Assembly: GCA_965200245.1 (NCBI GenBank)
Contig: CBDATS010000015.1
Coordinates: 256,001 to 320,000 of the forward strand
Direction of reading: 5' to 3'
Length of the DNA: 64,000 bases
From: a bacterium
GTDB taxonomy: Bacteria > UBA8248
The stretch's first letter is position 1. Each line of letters starts with the position of its first letter. Both the position numbers and the translations under genes were made by a program. The notes under the pieces were generated by a model. The model ran no database searches. It was not told where the DNA came from and worked only from the letters and a program-made list of their open reading frames with translations. Positions 21,594 through 31,651 of this stretch are shown here, one piece after another.

Positions 21594-22502
21594 GTGGAAC
21601 TTGGTTTCATCGGTTTGGGACGGATGGGGAGTGAGATTTGTCTCCATCTCATCCGAGCTGGTCATGAAGTAACAGCCTACGACATCCGAACAGAAGCTAC
21701 ACTTGAGGCTGAGAGCAAAGGTGCGCGCGCAGGACGGAGTCCGGCGGATGTCGCTTCCCGTTCGGAGGTCGTTTTCACGTCTTTGCCGCATCCAGACATT
21801 TCGCGCGAAGTGGTTCTGGGCGAAGAAGGAATACTGGCGGGCGCGCGAGACGGCGCGCTTCTGGCGGAAACGAGCACCGTCTCCCCTTCCCTCGTTCAGG
21901 AACTCGCTCCCAAAGTAAAGGCGCAAGGGGTTGACCTGATGGACGCCGCCGTGAGTGGCGGCGTACAAGGGGCCCAAGCCGGTACCCTCACGCTGATGGT
22001 CGGAGGAAGCGAAGCGGGATTCGAACGGCTAAAACCATTACTTGCTCATTTTGGAAAGAACTTCTTCCATTGCGGCACATCGGGCATGGGTATGCTGTTC
22101 AAGGTGGTGAACAACATGCTCTCGCACGTGAACCTCGCGGTGCTTGCCGAAGCCATGGCTCTCGGCGTAGCAGCCGGGGCTGACCCCGATTTGCTTTGTG
22201 ACGTCATCGCCGTCAGTTCTGGCCGCAGCCGCCAAGTGGAAGACAGGCTCAGGAAGCACATCCTCCGGGGTGAGTTCACGCCCGGCATGACGACCAACCT
22301 CGCGACGAAAGATTCCGATCTATGTCTTGAGCTTGCCCGCGAACTCCGCGTTCCCACTTTCATCGCCAGTGCATCGCATCACGTATACGAAATGGCGATT
22401 CAGAAAGGGTACGGAGCCGAAGAATACGCTTCGCTCATTAAACTGTGGGAGGAATGGCTGGATATCCAAGTACGCTCCTCCGACGCAAAGCGAAAATCCT
22501 GA
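21594..22502 (+). CDS. Beta-hydroxyacid dehydrogenase (3-hydroxyisobutyrate DH/GarR family)
   Basis: [34 protein letters not shown]. Confidence 0.9.
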   Translation: MELGFIGLGRMGSEICLHLIRAGHEVTAYDIRTEATLEAESKGARAGRSPADVASRSEVVFTSLPHPDISREVVLGEEGILAGARDGALLAETSTVSPSLVQELAPKVKAQGVDLMDAAVSGGVQGAQAGTLTLMVGGSEAGFERLKPLLAHFGKNFFHCGTSGMGMLFKVVNNMLSHVNLAVLAEAMALGVAAGADPDLLCDVIAVSSGRSRQVEDRLRKHILRGEFTPGMTTNLATKDSDLCLELARELRVPTFIASASHHVYEMAIQKGYGAEEYASLIKLWEEWLDIQVRSSDAKRKS

Positions 22503-22568
22503 GAACCACTCCAGAACCTTCAGGATGGCGAAATGCCTTGCCGCTCCCCACAGTGAAGGATAACGCCG

Positions 22569-23123
22569 ATGGCGCCAGAAAAGATGTTCGATGAAGCATT
22601 CGATTCAGCTTTCAAAGACAGAAGAAACCTGATCGCTTTCCTGGAAGGCATCGACACCACCTATGTCCATTGGCGGCCTCCCGACGGTGAATGGTCCTTG
22701 CACGAGAATCTCGAACACATTCTCCTGACAGATGCTTATTACGAGCGTTTCATCGAGAAGCGTCTCGCCGAGGCGGTCGAGGCCGGCTCGTGGGATACAG
22801 CCCCTGAGAACCCTAAAAAAATAAGCCGTGAGGCACTTAGACGCAGGGAACAGGGCCAGGTTCCGGCACCTGATTTTCTGCTACCGAAGGGCGAAGGCGA
22901 TTTCCAGGAAATGATCACCAAACTCATGCCCAACAGGGAAGCAGTTCACCGTATCATGTTGCCATACCGGGGCATCGATATGAGCCGCTATACACACGAG
23001 CATTTTCGCTACGGGGACCTTAACATTTACGATCGCATCGCCTATTCCGGCACGCACGATTTTCTTCACCAGGATCAGATGACACGCGTCCTGAAGGCAC
23101 AGGGCGATACGGGAAGCGGATGA
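22569..23123 (+). CDS. DinB-family protein
   Basis: RPPDGEWSLHENLEHI...H.RYG.LN...HDFLH..Q His triad. Confidence 0.8.
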   Translation: MAPEKMFDEAFDSAFKDRRNLIAFLEGIDTTYVHWRPPDGEWSLHENLEHILLTDAYYERFIEKRLAEAVEAGSWDTAPENPKKISREALRRREQGQVPAPDFLLPKGEGDFQEMITKLMPNREAVHRIMLPYRGIDMSRYTHEHFRYGDLNIYDRIAYSGTHDFLHQDQMTRVLKAQGDTGSG

Positions 23124-23151
23124 CTTATTTCTCCTCCTGCAGAATCCGCCA

Positions 23152-24555
23152 ATGAGCGACTGGACGATAACGACGCTTCGCGACGCCTACCGCGCAGGGA
23201 AAATATCACCGGTTGAAATCGCCGACTCCGCTCTCGACCTCATCAAGCAATGGAATCTCCACCTGAAAGCCTACGTGCACCTCAGTGAAAAAGCGATGCG
23301 TCGTGCGGCGCGCGAGTCAGAACGAAGGTTCCGCTTTGGAAATGAACTTGGGCCTCTCGACGGCGTTCCCGTGGCCTATAAGGATCTTTGCTACATTCCG
23401 GGAACTCCTACAAGCTGCGGAAGTATGATGTTCGAGGACGATCCATCGCCGACCTCCGTTTCGAGCGTTTGGCGCCGTCTGGATGAGAGTGGCGCCGTCC
23501 ATATGGGGAAACTCAACATGGCGGAACTCGCCATGGGGCCGACGGGACGCAACATGCACTTCGGGGACCCGCAGAACCCCTGGAAGCAGGGCTACGTTAC
23601 CGGAGGTTCAAGCAGCGGGTCGGGATGTGCGGTCGCCGGGGGGCTGGCGTTGGCTGCCATCGGCACAGACACGGGAGGCTCCATCCGTGTTCCAGCGGCG
23701 TTTTGCGGCGTTGTGGGGCTAAAGCCCACGAACGGCCGTGTGAGCAGGAACGGAGGGATGACACTCTCCTGGACGCTGGACACCTTCGGACCGCTTACGC
23801 GGACTGTGGGAGACAACGCGCTGGTGCTATCCGCCATCGCCGGATCGGACTCCCAAGATACGAGCGCAAGCACTCGGCACGTGCCCGATTACACGAAAGA
23901 CCTGGGAGAAGAAATCGCCGGCATCCGTGTGGGCGTTCTGGAGGGTTCGGAACTCAGTGGCGTTTCAGAGGGCATGAAGGTGGCTTACCTAGACGTATCC
24001 AAGACGCTTGAGCGTCTGGGCGCACGTGTCGTTTCGCTATCACCTCCCCACGTAAAGGAACTCGAAGATATCGCCAATACGATCTTCAAATACGAGGCCC
24101 TGATGCTTCACGGCGAACGTCTTGAGAAATACGCAGACCAAGTGACGCCGGAAATATTGATGCGCTTCGAAGACGGTCGCGGGATTCGCGGGGCTGAATA
24201 TCACGCTGCACTCGCAAGGCGCGGGAAACTGATACAACATTACGAGAACGAGGTGTTCTCCGCCGTGGACGTGCTGGCCGGGCCGACAACGCCTATTCCC
24301 GCACCATCTCTCGTAGAGGCATGCTCGGAAGCTTCAGGGCTGATTTCTTCACTCACGCGCTTCACGCGTTGGGTCAACACCCTAGGTGCACCCGCAATAT
24401 CAGTTCCCCTGGGTTTTTCAGAAGCCGGACTGCCGCTCGCAGTGCAGTTCGTGGGTACTCATTTCAGCGAAGACCTGCTCTACAAGGTCGCTTACGCTGT
24501 GGAAAAAGAAAACGGGGGATGGCAGGTATCACCTACGTTCGAATCGTTTCGTTAG
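23152..24555 (+). CDS. Amidase signature family enzyme
   Basis: GPLDGVPVAYKD, GGSSSGS, GTDTGGSIRVPAAFCG. Confidence 0.92.
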   Translation: MSDWTITTLRDAYRAGKISPVEIADSALDLIKQWNLHLKAYVHLSEKAMRRAARESERRFRFGNELGPLDGVPVAYKDLCYIPGTPTSCGSMMFEDDPSPTSVSSVWRRLDESGAVHMGKLNMAELAMGPTGRNMHFGDPQNPWKQGYVTGGSSSGSGCAVAGGLALAAIGTDTGGSIRVPAAFCGVVGLKPTNGRVSRNGGMTLSWTLDTFGPLTRTVGDNALVLSAIAGSDSQDTSASTRHVPDYTKDLGEEIAGIRVGVLEGSELSGVSEGMKVAYLDVSKTLERLGARVVSLSPPHVKELEDIANTIFKYEALMLHGERLEKYADQVTPEILMRFEDGRGIRGAEYHAALARRGKLIQHYENEVFSAVDVLAGPTTPIPAPSLVEACSEASGLISSLTRFTRWVNTLGAPAISVPLGFSEAGLPLAVQFVGTHFSEDLLYKVAYAVEKENGGWQVSPTFESFR

Positions 24556-24977
24556 GTCTCAGGCGGGGCGGGGCGAGTTGTAAGGCAGGTATTTCTGATG
24601 AGTCACCCATCGCGCAGAATCTCGCTCCGGTGAGGTGGCGCAAAGAACGGTCGGCATCCGCAGGTTTTCATGATAATCCTGAATGCACATCCTTGAGAAT
24701 TTGGACGTCCTGTAATGCATGGTGCATGACTCGGGTCTCGAAACTGGCCGGAATTCAGGCTGGCAATTTGAGCGGAACATTCCCGGTGGAATGATCTATT
24801 ATCGACAAATTCACGAAGGGAAATGACTTGGCCGCAACGTGGCGCAGGAGTAATACAATCGTCATCCGCTCCTTACGCGATAACGGGAAATGCGGACATT
24901 TACGGGACAAGAAGACGCTCCAGGAGGACGAGTCGTGTCAGCAGAAGATACAACCCCGAGTTCTAGGTAGGTTCGTC

Positions 24978-26825
24978 TTATTTTTCTTTCTCTTTCTCCC
25001 AGTCTTTCAATGATTTAGGAAGCTTGTCTTCATTCCATTTCTTGGTTATGCGATAGACCTTCCCACTCTCGCGCACGTATATGAATTCCGAGCCTTCCTT
25101 GTTTGCGAAACGAAATGGCCCCCACTTCCCGTGGCGAATGTCCCTGCCGGAGAGTTCGACGATAAATTCCTTGAAATCAGGTGCTTCGCCGGGTTTCGCC
25201 TCCCCTTCTCTCTCGAAATCGCGAAGCGCGCCGATAAGGTCTTCCACGTTACCGGGTTCAGCCTCCCTGCCTTCGGGAGCGACGAAACGCCACCCACCGC
25301 CGAAACGCTCCAGATTCACAGAAGAATTGTCGGGAAAACGGGCCGTAACCTCAGTAATTTCCTCGTCTTTCGCGTAAAGAAGCAAGCGCCGCTCGCTCAG
25401 GAAATAGGGTGTTTTCGTGATCTTGTCATAATCTTCTTTCTTGATGGCGAAAAGGCGTTTTTCACCCTCTATCTGCCCATAAGCCCTCTGCTTGTTCTTC
25501 AGGAATTTCCCGATGATGAAGGATTTTTTGTCGAGTGGTGTGTTTTCTTTCGTTTGCAGCCATAAGGTGTAGCGTAGCGGTACGCCCTTGCCATCTTCTC
25601 GTACGAGAGCAAATTTCGCCAAATCACCTCCCGGGGCATCCACATATTCAATCGAATTGATCCACTTGATATCCCACATAAGGTCATCCACATGTTTATG
25701 CCGACCAAGGAGTTTTTCCTGCTTTCCATCGGGCGTCGTGACCTTGATGTCCCATTTCTTTTCCGCTTTTCGGACAATGTCGAGTTTCCGGGATTTCGAC
25801 TCAATGAGGATGCGTTTCATATGGTCGACATCATAGTCTATGACAGTCTTGTGTCGTACGGAGAATGCAGATTTTGGCAAATCCTTGAATGTCTTCTCAT
25901 TAATAAGCATGACAGGACCGCCCGAGAGTCTCCTGGCGTAGTAGTAAACTTTCGGCTTTTTCGTAGCGCTTTTCGGGTCGGGAGATTCTACTTTTCTGTT
26001 GCCCAAGATGACGCCATCCTCGGGTTTCTGGTTGTCTTCCGTGAATATGCGTACTGTGAGTTTGGGTTTATCCAATCCATAAGGAGATAGATTCCCGGGT
26101 TTTTCTTCAACGAATTTCTGTGCTTTATCCCATTTGAGGGTGGATACGATTCCTTCGGAATCAATGGCGTCGGCCCTGCCCTGCAGGGGTTTCGTCAGTG
26201 CCCAGTTATTCTTGCCCTTCCGAACGATGGTGAAGTCGTTGCCCCCCTTGAGTTCCATGACCACCTTTTTCGCACTCTCAGGCATAACAGGAACAATTGA
26301 CCTGTCCCGAATGCTAAATATCGATTTATCAAATTTGGCGATGTCGGAAAGCTGAAGAGTGAATATTCCAGGACTTTTCGTCAACGCAGCATATCGAAAT
26401 TCGCGTGTGGGAGTCCTATTGCCAATTTCAACGGAAACGTCACTCTTATCTTTCAGGCCGAACACAATTTTCATCCTGGGCTTGTCCATGCCGAATTCTG
26501 CCCTATCTTTTACGTTTCCGATACGTACTCGTTCCCGGAGCTTGGTCGCCGCATCCATGAGTTTTTCGGCCTCATCCACATCGACAGCAGCATCAATGGG
26601 TTTGACGAAACGCCACCCCTTCTCCGTTCGGATAATCTGGTAGGAATCTTCTTCTCTTGAGACATCAATTCTTATCAGGGACTTTTGGTCAATTCCTTTC
26701 AGGAGTTTGACCTTGCGTTCCTCCAAGGCCTTCTTCTCGGCGGCCCATTTCACGTCATAGACGTAATACGCCCCACCGATAACCAGCAAGACAAGCAATA
26801 ATATGAGATTTTTCCGGGGGGTCAC
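24978..26825 (-). CDS. Membrane-anchored protein with repeated DUF4340-like domains
   Basis: N-terminal TM; repeated W...P...AD / FG(L)DKP / I.IR(D)R units; last gene of the GldAFG-like operon. Confidence 0.75.
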   Translation of the reverse strand: MTPRKNLILLLVLLVIGGAYYVYDVKWAAEKKALEERKVKLLKGIDQKSLIRIDVSREEDSYQIIRTEKGWRFVKPIDAAVDVDEAEKLMDAATKLRERVRIGNVKDRAEFGMDKPRMKIVFGLKDKSDVSVEIGNRTPTREFRYAALTKSPGIFTLQLSDIAKFDKSIFSIRDRSIVPVMPESAKKVVMELKGGNDFTIVRKGKNNWALTKPLQGRADAIDSEGIVSTLKWDKAQKFVEEKPGNLSPYGLDKPKLTVRIFTEDNQKPEDGVILGNRKVESPDPKSATKKPKVYYYARRLSGGPVMLINEKTFKDLPKSAFSVRHKTVIDYDVDHMKRILIESKSRKLDIVRKAEKKWDIKVTTPDGKQEKLLGRHKHVDDLMWDIKWINSIEYVDAPGGDLAKFALVREDGKGVPLRYTLWLQTKENTPLDKKSFIIGKFLKNKQRAYGQIEGEKRLFAIKKEDYDKITKTPYFLSERRLLLYAKDEEITEVTARFPDNSSVNLERFGGGWRFVAPEGREAEPGNVEDLIGALRDFEREGEAKPGEAPDFKEFIVELSGRDIRHGKWGPFRFANKEGSEFIYVRESGKVYRITKKWNEDKLPKSLKDWEKEKEK

Positions 26826-28510
26826 CGCAGTTGCCTTCTCCGAACGTAGACGGCAGCACCGACAAGAATGATGAACAAGGGCATGATCCAGACCGTGAAC
26901 AGGTGAACGAACCGGCCCTCCCCACCAGCCAGCACAAGTGGCTCACCTGTACGGTTTTTGGGACGAATGGTAATCAGGTCTTTCTCCCCACCGAGCCAGT
27001 TGATGGTATTGTAAACGAGATTCGCATTTCCCTGTGCACCAATAAAAGCATCACTCGCGAAATCTGCATCGCCGAACACGACAATCCGTGCATCGTTTTT
27101 GCCGTTTGCATTCTTCTTGGACTCTGAGATTTTCGAGTCATCCTGAGTGCCTTGTCCCTGGGCGAGCTTGTAAAGATCGAGCGTAACGGTGACAGCGGCA
27201 CCTACTGGAACGGGCCCATCTTTCTTGGTTTTCTCATCGAAGTTGAGCTGTCCATTCTGAATGGACACACTCTCTACGGTAAAACTTCCATCGCCTGTTT
27301 TCACCAAGTCCTCGGAATGCAATCCAGCTTTCGGCATTCCTGTTGCCGATACATGCCGGACAGTTGGGAAGACAGTCGCCAAACCTTTCAACTCTTTTGT
27401 GATTTCGTGTATCCCATAGTTTGCGGCGAATGGAGTGATTATATTTCCACCCGCCAATTCGAAGCGCACCGACTCAGGATCGATTACGAATGACGTGGGA
27501 AGTTTGAAGCCGTAGTTTTCCAAAAGACTGGTCAGGCGCCCGGGTTTCATGTGCGGTTCCAGAAATACTAGAAGTCTTCCGCCGGATTTGATGTAGTCGT
27601 CAATATACTTGACTTCTACTTCTTCCAACTGTTTTTCGGGTGCTGCAATTATCAGCAAACTGGTATTTTCAGGCACACCCTTTTTCCTGAGGAGCAGGAG
27701 TTCATCTACCTGGTAATTGTCATCTCTCATTCCGATAGCCAATGCTCTCATCGCCTCTCGTCCCTGCCCTGTAAAGAGTCGCTCTCCATGGCCCGTAAGG
27801 TAATACACGCGCTTTTGCTCGGACTGAATCGTTTTCAGTATAGCGTTGGCGATCGCATTTTCCGAAAGGTTGAATATCTTTTCTGATCGGAAGGCCGGTT
27901 TCTTCTCCTGACTGGCAGCTTGAGATTTGTCCTGTTTCTCGATCTCTTCTTTGCTGAAATGGTGAACTACAACCAATATGCCATAGGCGTCTACGTCATA
28001 CTTCTTCGCGGTGCCTGGTGAGGCGTCCAAATTCAAAAACCGGAACGTGACCTGTTTCGAAGCCCGGGTGTATTGTTCCAAGATTTCCGTTATTGCCGGT
28101 TGCTCCAGCTTGCGGGTGAAAGCAATGATTTCTATCCGCCTTTTTTCTCTTTCGAGTCTGTTCAACAGATTTATGGTTTTTGGGGACAAGCTGTAGAAAT
28201 TTCCTGGAGTAACGTCCCAACGCTTGTAGTGTTTGACGCTCACGAGCTCAACGACTACCAGAATAGCTGTCACGATGAGGACCATGATAGCGACCTGGAT
28301 GCCCGTTCGCGTGGAGCGGAGCCGCATGCCGCCTTGAAGTTCACGGCGTGAAATCCAGACTGTATAGACAAAACAAACGATTCCCAGAGCGATGGTCGCG
28401 TAAGCCCATCTGGGCGGTTCGGAAAACTGGTCATGTCCTGCCCAGCCGGTAATGCCGACCAGCAACAAGGCGGCGGAGGTGATGAACAAATAAAGGTTTC
28501 TGTTTTCCAA
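26822..28510 (-). CDS. GldG-like ABC auxiliary protein
   Basis: RWDVT..FYSLS, YYLTGHGE, IAAP, GGRLLVFLEP, RIVVFGDADF, N.INWL, C-terminal TM; start approximate (TTG). Confidence 0.85.
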   Translation of the reverse strand: MENRNLYLFITSAALLLVGITGWAGHDQFSEPPRWAYATIALGIVCFVYTVWISRRELQGGMRLRSTRTGIQVAIMVLIVTAILVVVELVSVKHYKRWDVTPGNFYSLSPKTINLLNRLEREKRRIEIIAFTRKLEQPAITEILEQYTRASKQVTFRFLNLDASPGTAKKYDVDAYGILVVVHHFSKEEIEKQDKSQAASQEKKPAFRSEKIFNLSENAIANAILKTIQSEQKRVYYLTGHGERLFTGQGREAMRALAIGMRDDNYQVDELLLLRKKGVPENTSLLIIAAPEKQLEEVEVKYIDDYIKSGGRLLVFLEPHMKPGRLTSLLENYGFKLPTSFVIDPESVRFELAGGNIITPFAANYGIHEITKELKGLATVFPTVRHVSATGMPKAGLHSEDLVKTGDGSFTVESVSIQNGQLNFDEKTKKDGPVPVGAAVTVTLDLYKLAQGQGTQDDSKISESKKNANGKNDARIVVFGDADFASDAFIGAQGNANLVYNTINWLGGEKDLITIRPKNRTGEPLVLAGGEGRFVHLFTVWIMPLFIILVGAAVYVRRRQLR

Positions 28511-28514
28511 GTCC

Positions 28515-29291
28515 CTATCCTCGCCACCTGTAATATTCAAGAGATCTGAGCACCAGAAAACCGCACAAAATATTTATGTTGACCAGGTAAATAATGTCGC
28601 GTGTATCAATGATGCCTCGTATAAAATTCCGCAAATGCATCCCCAAGGAAAGGTGCCGGAGAACCGAGGCCAATGGCTCACTAGCCGATGACGCAAGAAG
28701 ATCCATGAGGAAGGTCGCAAGAAGTACCATGAAGGCGATCATGGCAGCGACGATTTGATTCGAAGTCCACGAACTGGCCAAAAGACCGACGGAAAGAAAT
28801 GCCATGCCAGTCAATAACATTCCCAGATAGGCGGATGATACGATAGTCCACTCAACCTTGACGAAAGCGCTCAGAATAACTGGATAAATGAGAGTAATCG
28901 CCAACATAATGAGATAAATGGACAAAATCGAGAGGTATTTCCCGGCGAACATTTGTCCGTTGCGTAGCGGGAAGGTAAGCATCAATTCCATCGTGCCCTG
29001 CTTTTTTTCTTCGCTGAAAAGACGCATCGCAAGCAATGGCGCGACAAACAAGAGGATGACAGTTACGCTGGAAAAGACTGGCTCCAGGACAGCGGAAGTG
29101 GGGGTGATGTTAAATTGCGCAGCAGCTTGGGGGTTTCTGGCCAATTGCATGGAAACGACGGCGTAGTTAAGAAAAGCACCGGAATAGAATATGCCCATCA
29201 ACACTGTCCATGCCGCGAGAATCACGTAAGCGATTGGCGAGAAAAAGAAAGATGCGAGTTCACGCCGGCATATCCAAAAAGTGTTATGCAT
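28515..29291 (-). CDS. ABC-2 permease (GldF-like)
   Basis: RELASFFFSPIAY, MRLFSEEKKQGTMELMLT.P, SNQIVAA, RGIIDTRD. Confidence 0.9.
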   Translation of the reverse strand: MHNTFWICRRELASFFFSPIAYVILAAWTVLMGIFYSGAFLNYAVVSMQLARNPQAAAQFNITPTSAVLEPVFSSVTVILLFVAPLLAMRLFSEEKKQGTMELMLTFPLRNGQMFAGKYLSILSIYLIMLAITLIYPVILSAFVKVEWTIVSSAYLGMLLTGMAFLSVGLLASSWTSNQIVAAMIAFMVLLATFLMDLLASSASEPLASVLRHLSLGMHLRNFIRGIIDTRDIIYLVNINILCGFLVLRSLEYYRWRG

Positions 29292-30249
29292 TTACAATTT
29301 CCTCATTATGCTTTTGCTCCCCGCTGACGATACGTACGAACAGATCTTCCAGCGTCAATCTCACCTGGCGAATTTCAGTTAGTTTGCCCTCCGCCGCGGA
29401 TACGGCGGCCACCAAGTCGGAGCGAATGTCGTCGCCGCTTTTTGCAGACACTTCAAAATGTGCCTCCTGACTCTGCGAAGTGCCGAGCAACGTTACATTT
29501 TCAACTCCCCGTACCTTTTTCATTTTTTCGGATAGAGAATTTGTGGCTCCAATTGCGGAGACACGTATAGTCGTATCCGCTTGCAGATTCGACGCCAAGG
29601 CATCGAGAGCGCCTTCAGCTGCTACCCTTCCCTGGTGGATGATCACCACGCGGTCACAAACCATATTCACTTCCGGCAGGATGTGCGTGCTCAATATCAA
29701 GGTCCGGGTACCCTTCAATTCCGAAATCAGATTTCTGATTTCAACGATCTGCGCTGGATCGAGGCCTGAAGTTGGCTCGTCGAGAATTAACACGGGAGGG
29801 TCGTTCACCATCGCTTGTGCCAAACCGACGCGTTGGCGATATCCTTTTGAGAGATTGCCAATCAGACGATGGGCGACATCCTCGAGCCCACAATTGCTGA
29901 TTACCCTCTGGATACCGGCTGTTTTTTCCGCGCCACTCATGCCTTTCATCGTCGCTACGAAATTCAAGTAGGCCTTGACGGTCATTTCTCTATAAAGAGG
30001 GTTGTTTTCCGGGAGGTAACCCAGATTTTCCTGCGCCTCCAGCGGCGATTCTGAAACATTGATTCCGGCTACCCACACCGTGCCTGAATTTGGCGGCATG
30101 TACCCTGTCAAAATACGCATAGTCGTGGATTTTCCCGCACCGTTGGGACCAAGGAATCCCAGTACCTCTCCCTCCTCTACCTGAAAGGAAATATCCGTCA
30201 CTCCACGAAGGTTGCCATAATATTTTGTGAGGTTTTCAACCCGTATCAA
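29284..30249 (-). CDS. ABC ATP-binding protein (GldA-like)
   Basis: GPNGAGKSTT, LSKGYRQRVGLAQA, ILDEPT, LSTH. Confidence 0.93.
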   Translation of the reverse strand: MIRVENLTKYYGNLRGVTDISFQVEEGEVLGFLGPNGAGKSTTMRILTGYMPPNSGTVWVAGINVSESPLEAQENLGYLPENNPLYREMTVKAYLNFVATMKGMSGAEKTAGIQRVISNCGLEDVAHRLIGNLSKGYRQRVGLAQAMVNDPPVLILDEPTSGLDPAQIVEIRNLISELKGTRTLILSTHILPEVNMVCDRVVIIHQGRVAAEGALDALASNLQADTTIRVSAIGATNSLSEKMKKVRGVENVTLLGTSQSQEAHFEVSAKSGDDIRSDLVAAVSAAEGKLTEIRQVRLTLEDLFVRIVSGEQKHNEEIVNA

Positions 30250-30522
30250 TGAAGAACTCCCAAAAGGAACTATACAAAATTATTCGCTGGCATCAATGCC
30301 GATCTGAACTTCCCAGATATCAAGTTGAGCGATTCAGTTGTATGGTTAAGACATCTCGAAAACTTCTGAGATAAACGGAAACCCAATTAAAGCATTTATC
30401 ATCAATGCTTTGACACACATCACTACTGAATGCGGAAGTAGAGTAAATTCTAGGCGCTATTTTGTCAACCATATCAGAAAGTCTCTTTTGGACTCCAAGA
30501 ATTTACGGACACGTCATATCAA

Positions 30523-31527
30523 TCAATTCTTCATTTTCAAATCGCCTCTAATGGCCGCTTTCTTCAAGATGGCGGGAACATTCAGGATATTCGGCCCATC
30601 GAGACGCAATGATATTTCTATGTCCTCACCTTTGCCCAATCGACGCTCACGCTCCCCATCGAAAGCCAGCATGCGTATATCGGGTGCTCGATATTCTACG
30701 GTTTCTCCTAATTTGACGACTTCGTGTTCCATTACGAGCGCAGCGGCTACCTGTCCTGGCCCGATAGGAGAAAGAATGCGGTGCTTGGCTTTACCTTTCA
30801 CCCCAAATTTTAACCACAGCCCTAGTGGTTCACTTGCATCGACCGGACACAAGCTCGCGCCCAATGAAGAAAGCCCCAAACGCCCGGGTTCGCTCCTCGT
30901 GAGTGCCAGTGAGTCCACACGCCCAACATCCCAAATTGCGCGCGCGCCGTAAAACGATTCTTTGAGAATCGCGATATCAACCAGTGCGTTTTCAGAGTCT
31001 CCGTTCAGATTCACATGGAGTTGTTTCGTAACTTGCTTCTCACTTCTATAGGCTCTCGGATGAAGGGCATATAGAGCAGCAGCCATACCGGCCACCGTGC
31101 CTTCCCACGTGAAAGGAAACGCATTGTTCGTCCCGGTAGAGAGAGGGATTAAGGGTATTTTTCCGCACCCTTTGGCGACAGCGCGGCAGGTACCATCGCC
31201 ACCGAGAAGAACAATGCATTGAACTCCCAGTTCGACGAGTTTCCGAGCCGCTTTCGTGGAATCAGCCGTCTCTCCCGTTGCGTCCACGTCAAACAGCTTC
31301 ACTTTCGAGGATTTGTTGTCCTGGCGAAAGCCATCCAGTGCAACAGCTCCCAACGAACCGAGATCGTTGAACAGCAGTATGTTATCGAGACCCGCAGCAA
31401 CAAGACCCGCCATCACGCGACGAAGTATGAGCACTTTTTCGTTGTTGCTGAACGAACTCGCCAGCGCCACCAGCCTTCGGATGTCTTTCCCCGATTGCGG
31501 ATTGGCTATTATTCCGACACTCGTCAC
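30523..31527 (-). CDS. acoX: AcoX-like ATP-NAD kinase family protein
   Basis: VGIIANPQSGKDIRRLVA, LGGDGT, STGTNNAFP, GARAIWD, FDGERE. Confidence 0.8.
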   Translation of the reverse strand: MTSVGIIANPQSGKDIRRLVALASSFSNNEKVLILRRVMAGLVAAGLDNILLFNDLGSLGAVALDGFRQDNKSSKVKLFDVDATGETADSTKAARKLVELGVQCIVLLGGDGTCRAVAKGCGKIPLIPLSTGTNNAFPFTWEGTVAGMAAALYALHPRAYRSEKQVTKQLHVNLNGDSENALVDIAILKESFYGARAIWDVGRVDSLALTRSEPGRLGLSSLGASLCPVDASEPLGLWLKFGVKGKAKHRILSPIGPGQVAAALVMEHEVVKLGETVEYRAPDIRMLAFDGERERRLGKGEDIEISLRLDGPNILNVPAILKKAAIRGDLKMKN

Positions 31528-31651
31528 CTCTTCTCCTTCGTTCTTACACAAGGAAAAATCACTCTTTTAATGTAAAATCAAGACTACATTGAATTGACAA
31601 AAAGGGCGAAGCGCCATTCATGTTCTATTTTCCCACTGGACAAGACGAATC

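Noticed and set aside
24565-24580. CGGGGCGAG as a possible att remnant of tRNA-Pro
   Set aside because: Only 9 bp and in the wrong orientation for a direct repeat of the tRNA at 21467; no integrase nearby
24595-24745. CTGATGA...GAAAC resembling a hammerhead ribozyme core
   Set aside because: Stem II does not close directly onto GAAA and I could not build stems I and III
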